A stretch of DNA of 62,251 nucleotides, taken from IMG/VR virus record IMGVR_UViG_3300005662_000046, positions 1 through 62,251 of that record; one strand, 5' to 3'. The stretch comes from a virus. Its lineage: Duplodnaviria; Caudoviricetes. Under the pieces are notes generated by a model. It was not told where the DNA came from. It made no database searches and worked only from the letters and a program-made list of their open reading frames with translations. Positions 50,524 through 62,200 of this stretch are shown in pieces (the stretch's first letter is position 1; each line of letters opens with the position of its first letter). The position numbers and the translations under genes were made by a program.

Positions 50524-53281
50524 TTATGCGCTCCACGCAGATGAAGCTCCAGCGTAGGAATACTTACTTCCTGGGAAAGTTGTCGAATTTATATCTCTTG
50601 GCCTTATTCTTTCTGAACCTTCACTCTCATCATGTTGGTCAACATATTGACCATTTCCTATTGAAATCCCTACGTGACCATAGCCCTCATCCCCACCCTG
50701 CCAAAATACCAAATAACCAGCTGGTGGGTTCTTTCCAATTTCTGTGTTTGGTCCATAGAATGAGGAGCTGGATATAAGATTAGACAGGTGTTCTCCTGCT
50801 GTTGGGAATGAGCTAAGAGTAGGCGTAGGTACAGTATACTCACCTGCATTACCTGCAGTTGTCCACTCATCTGTAAATAGCGCAGTTTGTGCCGTACCAA
50901 ACAAGCCCAAAGCAGCTGAGAGAACTCTGGCAAATCTATCGCAGCCAAAGTTTCCTTCAAGATCTGAACGATATTTAGAAAGCCATTGAGGAATCTTATT
51001 AGTGCTAATCCAGTCTGCAGCTTCTTTAATTTGATTCTTGGTAAACGATGCAGGAGAGCCATCTCCACCAGCGCCTTGGGAACTAACAACATCTACCTCA
51101 TATGTAATGATTCCACTAGCATCTTCGTTTATTAGCGAACCATCTTTAGGACTACTGTAGAATACAGTGCCGTCCATCCACGCTTCTATGTAGTTCACTG
51201 TTCTTTTATTGTGCTTTTTAAAATTTACTCTAACCCAATCTTCTAATGTAGTTATTGGTTTTCCTGTTGTTAGATATACATTAACAGCGTTTTGAAATTT
51301 TACTCCAAATATAAATCCACAATCAGATCTTGGTGTATCATCTGAATTATTATAATCTCCCCAATGGTAGAAACCGCTAGATGTATCTATCTTATTTGCA
51401 TTTTTAAAATCTTTTCTACTCCATTTATCCATTAGCATCCACACTTGATTAATTGGAAACCATAATCTTTCATCGGTTGTAGACTTTGATGCCTCTTTAT
51501 TAGTGGTTGTACTATAGGTTTCTACTAATTTCTTTGCTACAGCGTTAGGATCCCAGGAAGAAGCTTCTGGGGCAGCGTATGCAAGCCTGTGTGCTTGCAC
51601 TAACTGTTTTGTTACAGCGGAGCCATCATAATAAATTGGTACACCACTTGATGAATTAGTTGATCTTGTTATCAAAGAAATTAAATTATATTGAAACATT
51701 CCAATTGAAACGTCACCACCCCAATTTGTTTTATTATCAAAGCATTTGCCATTATACGCAGCTGGGCTAGCTCCACTTTCTCTTCCTGTTATGGCGCAAA
51801 AAATTGCTGCTGCCTCATCAGAGAACGGACCTTCTTGAGAGAGCATTACAAACAACTCATACGGAGTTATTGGTGGACCACCATTTTTATAGTTTTTATA
51901 GGCTTTTTCTTTTGCTGATGTTGCACTTGCCGAATTGTCTATTGGATTTCCATTTTCATCCAACAGCTGGCTAGAAGCATCGGTGGTCTTCCAGCCACCT
52001 GAACCAATATACTTCCCACCTCTTTGTGGACTAAAGCTAATATGAATATTATCGGTATGCTCTGGACCAAATTCAAAGTTAACATATTTTAAATTTGGAT
52101 ACTGTGTTTTGATTGCAGTGTCAACTGATTCGAAACCTTCTCCAATACCCTTGTCTTTTGCAACATCTGGATCAATTACTATAAGATCCGGCATTAGCGG
52201 CTGTGGCATTGTGTTTAATTTTTGAAGAACCATGTCTAGCGCGGCTGCATAACGATCTTTTGTTCTGATAACTGCGTAGTCTCCAACCGACCTAATATCA
52301 AACCCTCTTCCAAAAACATGGTCAGAAATAGAATTTTTATTATTTTTATCAATTCCATTCTCAGGATTTGAGTGTCTACTAGTCTTATCACTTTCCGACA
52401 GCACTGCTCTATTAAGAGCAAACGTACCATTTATCTTAACTCCCTTGCTTACATCTGTAAGCATCAAGAGACATTCTATTAGAGCAGCGCTGATGTACGC
52501 CTTTTTCTTTGGAGAACTTATCAATGCTGAATCAACAGAATTCTGAGTTGGATTAGATTCGTCTGCATAATATGAGCTTGTTTGCACAAATGAATAAGAC
52601 GAAAGAACATCTGGTATATCAAATTCAAACCCAAGGGTTAATGCTGGCTCATTGATAGATTGCTTGAGCAGCGTTCCTCTATCTGTATATATTTGTTTTT
52701 CCTCTTCGCTTAATTCTTCTTCCACTGCAATAGCTCTTTCGCCTAAGCTGGGAGCTACACTATCTATTGTGTAAGCGGTGCTATTGTGAGTAAACAGTGC
52801 TCCAGTAGAGTCTCCAACTTTAGACTTGTCATTTCCTGGCCATTTTCCATTTACCGATTCCAACAAAGGGTTTAATACTGACGTTGGCGCAAAACCAGTT
52901 CCCACCAAAGATTGGGAAACAACTTTCAAATATGCTTGATCACCCTTTAGTATATCTACGTCTCCTTCGTTTCCCTGATAATCTGGGTTAGCAATTTGAA
53001 ATGCGTCACCCGACTGAATACCGGTTGCTAGTATGGAATGAAGGGATGATCTAACGAATTTAGATGACGCGTCTGCTAGTGCTGCTGGATTCCTAGTTAG
53101 CGCTCCGTCCAGACATTATGTCAGTTAAATTTCTAGATGTTAATGTTTGATTTGCGTATTTTTCTTTTGATGCAGAAGTAACTATGCTAGCACTTCCATC
53201 TGGATTGTAGCCTTCTGATAGCTTTGATATAAAAGCAGTAGAGTCATTAAAGTCGTTTAGATTAAAATTAAAATCAGACAT
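50524..53281 (-). CDS. Multidomain tail-associated peptidoglycan hydrolase; 918 aa after a +1 shift at CGGA 53104-53107
   Basis: DIMSG-GALTRNP... is open into track ORF 50524..52929; M15-like (SDHVFGRGFDI/HIS), lysozyme-like (RESG...GMFQ) and CHAP/NlpC-like (CDRF...GHVGI) motifs. Confidence 0.8.
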
Positions 53282-53283
53282 TA

Positions 53284-56200
53284 TTACAATCCACCCTTTT
53301 GCTCAACAAAGTTCGGCATTGGTATGTACCTATCAAGGCCGCCAGTAGACGCCCTTTCTCTCAGTAGGTCAACGGTGTAAACTTGAGCTAAGTTATTAGT
53401 TACTAGCTCCCAGTTAAGAGTTGCTGGCACTCCATCATTATAGTACTCATCCCAGGAAATATATGGCCATTCTGAAGCTTTTGAATAGAGAACTTCTAAT
53501 ATTTTAAAATTAACTAAATCATTAAAGAGTTTTCTTTCATCGGTAGTTATGGTTAATAGTGGATCAGTTTCTCCTGTAATTTCAAAATGGTTTTCCATAT
53601 CGGAAGTATATATTGAGTTATATATTTCGTCAAACTTTTTACCAAATACTGATTCATCATAAAGAGTTTCTTTAAATTTTTTCTTTTTTTCTATAATACT
53701 TAAGCCAATATATCGCACGAAGAAAGATCTTATTAATGCAATATTAGCTTCCTTATCTTCATCGAGTATTCTATAGAATACTGTTCCTAAAGATTTTTCT
53801 CTTTCCTGATCTCCGTAATTAACGCCCTTAAAATAACTATTTGTATTATTAATTCTTGAACCAGGTGACAAGTCATCTTCTGTGTATATAGAAACTGATG
53901 ATTGATCATTTGGAGAAATTCTAATAACGAAAGGTTTGTCTCTAAGTCTTTCGCTTACGAAGATTGCTGATCTTCCGCCTGGTGAATTAACGTTTATTGC
54001 AGTTGTTGGATCATCTGGTTTATATCCAGCTTGGATAGAAGTATTTGTATATGCTTGGAATGTTCCAAGACTTGAAGCTATTATTCCTTCTAGTCTAACT
54101 TTAAATGGTTGACCAGTTGGGTTCATTAAATCTATTACTTCTATTTCGTCACCATCTATAACATTATTTAATTTGCATATTACTTTAAAGTATTGATTTA
54201 ATCCTGTTTTATCTGGACCAGTTCCAGAATACTTTAATACCTCAGCGTTGACGAGTGCATTTTCATAACTTACATATCTTACTAAGTCAGTTATTTCTTT
54301 TTCTTTCCAACCTAAGCTCTTAAGCAAATCGTCATTTCTGATAAATGCGTTTCCATCAACGGTTCTAACCTTACTTCTTACTCCCAAAATGCCAGGAAGA
54401 AGTCTCTTTGTGTGATATCTACCAACAACCATTCCTTGATTTATCGAAAGGCTTGCATCCATTGGTTGACCATTCTTATTCAAATAGGATATATAGCAAC
54501 CGTGCTGATCTAGCACATTATCCCTTACCCACTTCCAGCCCTTCCAGAATAAATCAGATGCTACTGCACCAGCAATTCCAGCAGCAATTGCACCACCAGG
54601 AATTGCTGCTGTTGCCGCAGTTAGGCCCACTGTAGTTAGGTAAGTTGCTGCAATTCCTTTTAAGCTCACTCCATTTTCAGAATTTTGTTTCATTTGATTC
54701 TCTATTTGCGATTGAGCGTCTGTTAATCCTTCGGCTGCAAAGTTTGCCATTATGTCAGACATAAGTGCGCTTGACCCATGGGTGAATTGTACACCACCCA
54801 TCATTTGCGCCCTTAATGCTTCTGACATACCGTCAACCGAAATGTTTCCGCCAGACAATATTCCGGTGCTTCCAGCTTGGACTGAATTAATTAAACTTCT
54901 TGTATCATTTCTTATATTTTGAATTGACATCCAAGAATGAATCCAGCTAGACATAAACCATCTTGCTGGATCATTTACGGTTACAAGAGCATTCGGTGTG
55001 ATTGATGTAATGAATCCCATATTTGGAGTAAAGTGATGAACAACTTGTTCAACTTCAAATATTCCATACATTCTTTCATAGACGTCAGCAAGATAAACCA
55101 GGTCATGAGGTCTTATGTCTGGACTTCCTATGACTATTAGTTCTCCAGAATAAATATCTTTTAGCGATTCCTTAAGATGGGCTAGAGCGACTCTTCTTGC
55201 CATCAACTCATCTGGTGCGCCTTGAGAAAGTTTTATTGCCCCTCTTGCAAATTCTATTGGATGGAATAGTGGTTGAGCAATTCCGAACAAACCTTCACCA
55301 GCTATATTGTCAAAATACAAACCAGTTTCTACAGTTTTTTCTACTTGTCTTTCCGAAGGGATACTCTTATCCAAAGCTACAGTTACTGGATACTTTCCTT
55401 CAGAAACAGCAGTTACCTGAGTTGCTACATTAGTTGTAGTCTCCTGTATGTTGTTGGCTATAATTGTTGAAAAAGAACTTAGGTAATGTATCTTCTGGAA
55501 CGGCTCACGCACCTCAACTACAGGCTCACCATATTCTCTAGTAAACGGATTGTCAATAGCTCTTAAAAGTGATCCAGGTCTTCCTAATGAGTAATAAATA
55601 GAGTCATTTAATACCTTATTCATAATGTTTGCTTGCTTAGAGAAGTTGTCTATATTAGATAAACCATATCCCATTTGAAGCATTGACATTCTGAACATAT
55701 TCATAAGCCCAGATAATCCATCGCTTAGTGCTGTAAATAATGGTCCAATATTTTGATCCCAGAAGCTATCAATATTATGAGTTAATACACCAACTACGTT
55801 TCCTGCGCTGTTTCCTTCGCCCTTATTATCTGCTAAAAGTTTTAAAAACTTTCTCTTGTTAGATGCGTAGTCTTGATTCGGATCAATAAATGCTGCAAAT
55901 ATTTTATGGACTGGAGAAAAATCCCACATATCATCACTTGTATATTTTCTATTCGGCTTTAATACTAACCAAGCTCTAGCATAAGAATCTTGCCACATTG
56001 CTTGTCTAAACATTCCTACTATCAACAAGAATACTTGCTTTGGCGTAAAGTGATCTTTAATCACGTCATCTGCTTTTGGTTGCCCACCGCCAACATCGGC
56101 ACCGAGTATTAATGATAGATTAGATTGTGATTGTAAAAACAATCCTAGTCTTTTATATTTAGTTTTTGTTAAAGTATCGAAATATCTAACTAGTCCACCT

Positions 56201-59200
56201 TCGTCAAGCGGTGCGTCAACTAAATTCTTCCTAGCAAATTCTATAGCTTGCTTAACTGTGTCAGAACTAACTGATAGTCCAGCTCCAGATTCAATCTGTC
56301 TTTCCATTGAATCTGCTGTACCGTATGGTTTTCCAGTTCTTTGATTTGGATTTGCTATAAAGTCACTTCCGAGCAATAAGCTGAATTCATCTACTGCAGT
56401 TGCGTCTGGACCATTAGCGCTAAACAGCTTAAATATGTCTGGATTAGCTTTTGGATTTCTCAATATATCTATTAAGAAACCTGGAAGTGGAGTTTTATCA
56501 TCTGGGTCCATTCCAAAAGCGTCGAAGAATATTTTCTTTACCGCTACTTCATTATGGTATCCAAACCTAAATTGATCCCATACATCATTTGCTTGATTAA
56601 GATTTCTTCCATTTCCAGCTATAACATGAGTAGCTGAGCTAAAACCTTCATCAAAGAATTCTCTAGCTTTTATAGACTCAGGAGAAGCCGGATCATAAAC
56701 TGCAGCATATCTTTCTCTGCCCGAACCAGTGTCTTCATCCCCAGTAGTTTTAAGTTCACTATCTAGTATTTCATATAACTTTTCTCTTTCAAGAGAACTA
56801 TAATCTGCTTTTAATATATAGTCAAAATAACTATTTTCTTCACCAGCTCCAGCCAGGATATTTCCACCCCTAGCTGCTGCTTCGGCAAAGTGCCCTTGAT
56901 CAAGTAATGTTATTCCACTTACTGGAATATATTCTTGCCACTGAGTATTTGTAAAAGCTGTTGGTCTTTCATTTAATAGCTCTAGTTGTCTTTCAATTGA
57001 ATCAGCAGTACCAGATAATCCTAACTTTTGCATACCTGCTTTGTTTGCTTTTTCTGCTAAAAGTTTTCCATCACCCTCTGCTGAGAATGCACCAAATCCA
57101 ATATAATAATCCATATCAACGTGAGTTTCACCGTTGTACCTAAACTCGTTAGCTGGATTATAAGGTGTGGTAACAACACCGAGTGGAACACTATCATCAA
57201 CGAAGGTAAAGTAGCAGTCTCTTGGCATCGGTACTGGAGCTAGTCCGGCCTGAGCTAAAGCTGAAGCGCCAACACTTGCTCTATTTTCATCAGTGCCATT
57301 GTCATCTTCTTCTCGTTTAAAATAATATTTTTCGTTTTCAGTTAAGTGCATTACGCCAAGGAAATAAGCTGCGTCTGGAGATACAACTGCTGCTAAATCA
57401 ACTTCTTGTGCTATAGCAGATCTTGGACTCACGACCCACTCTTCACTCCAATCGTTTTCTTCAGTGGTGCCATATATCAAATCTGCTTTATCAGTTCCCC
57501 ACAAGAAATATGCTGGCCTACAAACAACTGCAGTTCTAGTTGTTGGACTATAAACTAAAACTTTTCTATTCTTATAATCTTTTGGTTTTCCATGAAACTG
57601 ATCTTCATTTCTATCTGGGAAATATTTATCTTTAAACTTTTTAAATATTTCATCATCTTTATCTTCAATTATTTCATATGGCCATCTCATGGCTATATAG
57701 AATTGTTCATCAAGAGCAGTAGCTGGAGATCCCCAATCTCTATAGCTAAATGGGCTTCCAGAAGTAATCTTGTATTGATTAATGTATTCGTATTCCCAAG
57801 ATCCTTCAAGGGTGTTCAATTCCCTAGTCTGTTCCTTTAGTGAAGGTAATGGCATTCTTATTAGTGATTTACTTCCTGAAACACCGCTTACGCTTAAGTC
57901 AAATATAAATTTATCATTACCAAATGTGTTAATCGGATTAACAGCAGCGGTAAATGATACAGCTGCAAGGTTTATTACGAATTCATCTTCTGATCCACCT
58001 TCACGTTTGTCCGTAAATGAACCGGCAATAAGAGCTGCTTCCGTATCTATCAGGTTTCTATACAACGTGTCATGATTAAACTTTTCAAGATCTTTATCAC
58101 CGTCATGTATGGTTCCAGTTTTTAGTCTGTCATCACCCTCTCCTGATCTATTGTTACTCAACGCGTAGAACGAGTAGTCTAATAGAACTGATCCAGCAAC
58201 TCTATCGGTAAAGTACGGGAAAGAAAATCTAAGTGGCATCTGAGGTATTTCTTTGTGTAGGTTTTTCATCTTTTCAACATCGACTTCAGATGCGTCTTGC
58301 CCAGTGCTGTCTATTGGCAAGTGGAAACCAACTGTTACATAACCTTTATTCTTTGGTATTTCCGATATAATATCATTAAATAATTGTTCTTTTGTTGTTT
58401 TATTATTTCCATAATATGCAGTTCTAAAAGGATCTAAGAAGTTAATTACTTTTCCTCTTAATACTCCAGCTGGTGCATATATATCTGAGTACGATGATTG
58501 TTGTCTAACAATATCAGAAAGCGATATTGCTGGGTTTTGTCCTTGTCTAAATGCTTCATAATCAGATGTGGGATTTGATTGTTTGTTAACTTTTGTTAAA
58601 AGGTCCATTAATTCTGAATCTGGACTTCTGTAGCTTGGGGTCTTTAATCCCAATTCTACAGCTCTTTTTTCAGAAGGGAAACCGGTAGTGATTGGAACTA
58701 CTGCAGAAGTATATAACCAGTGCGGCTTGCCGTAGAATACGGTTGACCTATCTTCAAATGGTCTTACTGCAACAATATAATTAGGTAATAATCTTGCGCA
58801 TAACTGGAATAGATCCCAGACTGATTTCATATATGTTTGCGCTCTAAATGACACCTCATCAAATCCAGGCATGTCGTCGTCTAGATCACTAACTAAACCA
58901 AACGTTTTCCAGATATTTACGCCACCTCTACCTGATAAACTTCCAAGCAATGATGCTCCTCCACCAACTGCCAACGTTCCACCTATAAAAGGAAGTGCAA
59001 TGCCGCCTGTACCAATAGCTAACGCTGCACCTGCTGCCAATAACCCTCCACCAAGTATGGCTGTTGCGGTTCCGCCACTAGCTCTTGCTTCCATTCCTGA
59101 GGTTAAATCATCTATTGCTGCAGCGGCATTTTCTGAGCCTGAATCATATCTTTGAAGTAAGTTATTCCAAGAAGAATCCGTAAGTCTACTTAAATATTCT

Positions 59201-62200
59201 AACCTTGGATTTGGTTCCTCTCCTGGTGTTAATGAGGCTGCGTTTGACCAACCGTCTCCTAGGTCACCACCAAGGAATTGAGCTACACCTGTTCCATTTC
59301 CTGGATAAATATTTCTCTTAAACAACTCTAGATCTGGTTGTGATGCGAAGTTTGACCACATCGTTCTCATTATTCCAACCATTGGTAATCTTACGTCAAT
59401 ACCAAATGGCGATCCACCTATTCCAGTTCCATTTGAATTATCACCAAATGGATTTAAAACACCAGCTACTGTACCAGCTCCACCAGTTATGCCACTGCCC
59501 TGACCAATCCCCAGCAAGGCGTCTGATGCTGCGTTTCTAATTCCAGAGTTTCTATTTCTTTCTATATCATTTAATGGCTCATAGAGTATTGTACCGAAAT
59601 GTCTAATTCCAAATTTGTTTTCAGAAAAAACAGTTCCCCTTGTTGCATGGGCAAATGCTTCTCTTGTTCTAGAAGTGCCCATTGACAAAAGTCGAACCAT
59701 CAAGTCTCTTGGTTCAGATAAATACAATCCAGTATTTAAGGCACCGTCAATTTTACCGCTGTCTCCCTTTTTGTCAACAGAGTTTACAACTGGGCTAAGC
59801 TCAATGGCATCAGACTGACATGTTACCGTAACTATTTCACCTAGTTCGACTTCGGTTACCACACCATTAAACAATGTGTGAAGTGAGTTTGGATTTGCGC
59901 CATAACCAACCCTTAAGTGAACTCTTACTCCTGGCTTAAGTCTCATGTTTTCTATGTCAACAATATATTGACTTTCCATGTGACCTAATTGATTTCGTGC
60001 AAAATTTAAAGTTCTATCTATTACTTGCTCAAGACCAGAAGTTAATGAGACTTTATCGACACCAGGGTTATCTTCTGTCTCGCCTCTTCCGCTAAATATC
60101 GTTGTAGCTTCTTTAGTAGAAAGCTTTGCGTACATGTTTGATGCTCTAAATACTAATGTATCGCCAAGGATGTCTTCTGAAGATACTATAGAAAAATCTA
60201 TTATTGATTGTAAACCGTAGAAATTATCAAATAGTTTTGTACCAGCAAAAGTTCTTTCGTCTATCAACCAAAGCATGTAGGTAGGAAAGGCTCTAATCAT
60301 TCTTCCTGATATATCTCTATATTGAGTGTCAACCATCATCTTTTCCCAGTGATTTGTAACACTCTTTGAGTTGCCATTTGATTTCATTGTTTCTGGCTTA
60401 CCTTCATCCCCAGATGAATAGGAGTATTGATACTCTGATAATGCCTTTGCTCCAGGTACTCCTGTTAAAGATTTTGTTGTTCCTACATCTGGTGTTTGAG
60501 TATCTGTTATTCCAATATATTCAACCGAACTATCTTTTTTAACAGCAACGTCGTCTACAGTTAGATAAAATCTTCCATTCTGTTTATCGACATAACCAAA
60601 CTGATATCCATCTGCGGTATGTATCATCGATGGAATCTTTGTGTCACCTGGACCAGAAGCTGCTGGGAAAGTATTTATAATAGCGTGTGCGTCTAACTCA
60701 TCTGGATTAAAGCTTACATAAGCATCTTCTTTGAATCCATCTTTTTCTTGATTTCCGGACAAAGCGGCTTGTAGTTTTGCTCTTGCTTCTTCATCAGAGC
60801 TTGATAAATCTCCAGATTTTAACTGACCAGAAGATAATCTCCAACTAGAGTCAGCTAAATCTTTAGTGTCAAACTCACCCTCATCTAAAGAATCCACATA
60901 ACTTAATAAGAACTTATCATGAGGCTGATCAACATCTTTTAGAACTTGCAATATGTAAGAAGCGGTTTCTGAAGCCTTTAATCCTAATGTTCCTCTAGAG
61001 TAAGCTTTTAATTCATCTAACTGATCATTTAATATATACTCTTTAAACTTAGCGAGGACTGCAGAACCCTTGTATGGCATTGCGCCGCTTGGGGTTACTA
61101 CTGTTATATCTTTGGATGGATCAACATTAAACAAGTTAAGTCTAGAAAGCTTACCCTTATTTTCAGTTACGTTATGTATAACGTCTCTATCAAACATTTC
61201 AAAGCTTCTGAAATAGAAGTCTGGGTCAAGACATCCCACAACTTCACTATCTTTATTTCTAATCTCTAAAGGAAAATCTGGATACGCATTAAACGAGCCC
61301 CATAATTGCTTCATTCTTAAGAATGGATTTTTCTTTGTTCCAAATTCTTCAATCATCTTTCTTTGTTGCTCGGAAGATAATTGTTCACGCTTTTGTTGGA
61401 AGATATCAAAGTCCACTAATCTTAAAGAAACATCATAAACGTGTGGGAAGTTTGGTATAGTCGAAACGTTAAAAGAAAGAGGGAGAACATATTTAACTCC
61501 AGCTAAAGCTGTTATTATATTCTTGATTCCCAAGAAGCCCATAACTCCAGCTGCGTGCTCAAGTCTGGCTAGTCCATTAATGTGGTCAAATATTTTTCTT
61601 AATTTTATTAATTCTTTTTCGCCAAAAACTTTCATGGAAATATTTATATAACTATCTCCACCACCAACGTGCTGATAAGTTGGCTCGTCCTGCATTTGAA
61701 CTTGTAGTGGGATTATATTATTACTCATTGAGATAGAAACGTCAGTGACAATTGCTTGAGCTGGATCTATGTCAACCCTTATCATTGGAACTTCCCACTC
61801 TCTTATGTGAAAGCTTCCATTTCTTTCTCTAGCTGCCTCCATCAAATCTCTGATTGGTCCAGCTTTAAAGAATCTTTCGTAGACCATAGCGCTATACCCT
61901 GCAGCAAACTGATCTTTAATTATTGATCTTTCTTTTTCTTTCCATTCAGTATCATTTGTTTTTCCTGTATTTACTGCTCTCTTCTGCAAATACTCATCAA
62001 CCATAAAGTCAAGGTATGAGCTTGTGCTTAAAGCCTTAGACTTAAAGAACGACTTTATTTGAGATAGCGTCTCATCTTGGAAAACTATCGCCCCAAAAAC
62101 ATATCTTTCGACATCTTCGTATGCGTTGTCAGTTCTACTAAAATCTCTTAAATAAGACTTTCTACCTGAATCAAGTTGTGGATTTTGAAATATAAAACTT

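Noticed and set aside
1084-53281. Reading the split genes as pseudogenes or random indel errors
   Set aside because: All breaks are +1, share the CGGW motif and codon phase, lie outside long homopolymers, and the genes show no other decay. An artefact is not formally excluded without reads.
7-59818. The many + strand ORFs in the track (e.g. 366..803, 2158..2586, 15626..16015, 57782..58075)
   Set aside because: Antisense shadows of well-supported minus-strand genes, with no SD or recognisable motifs.
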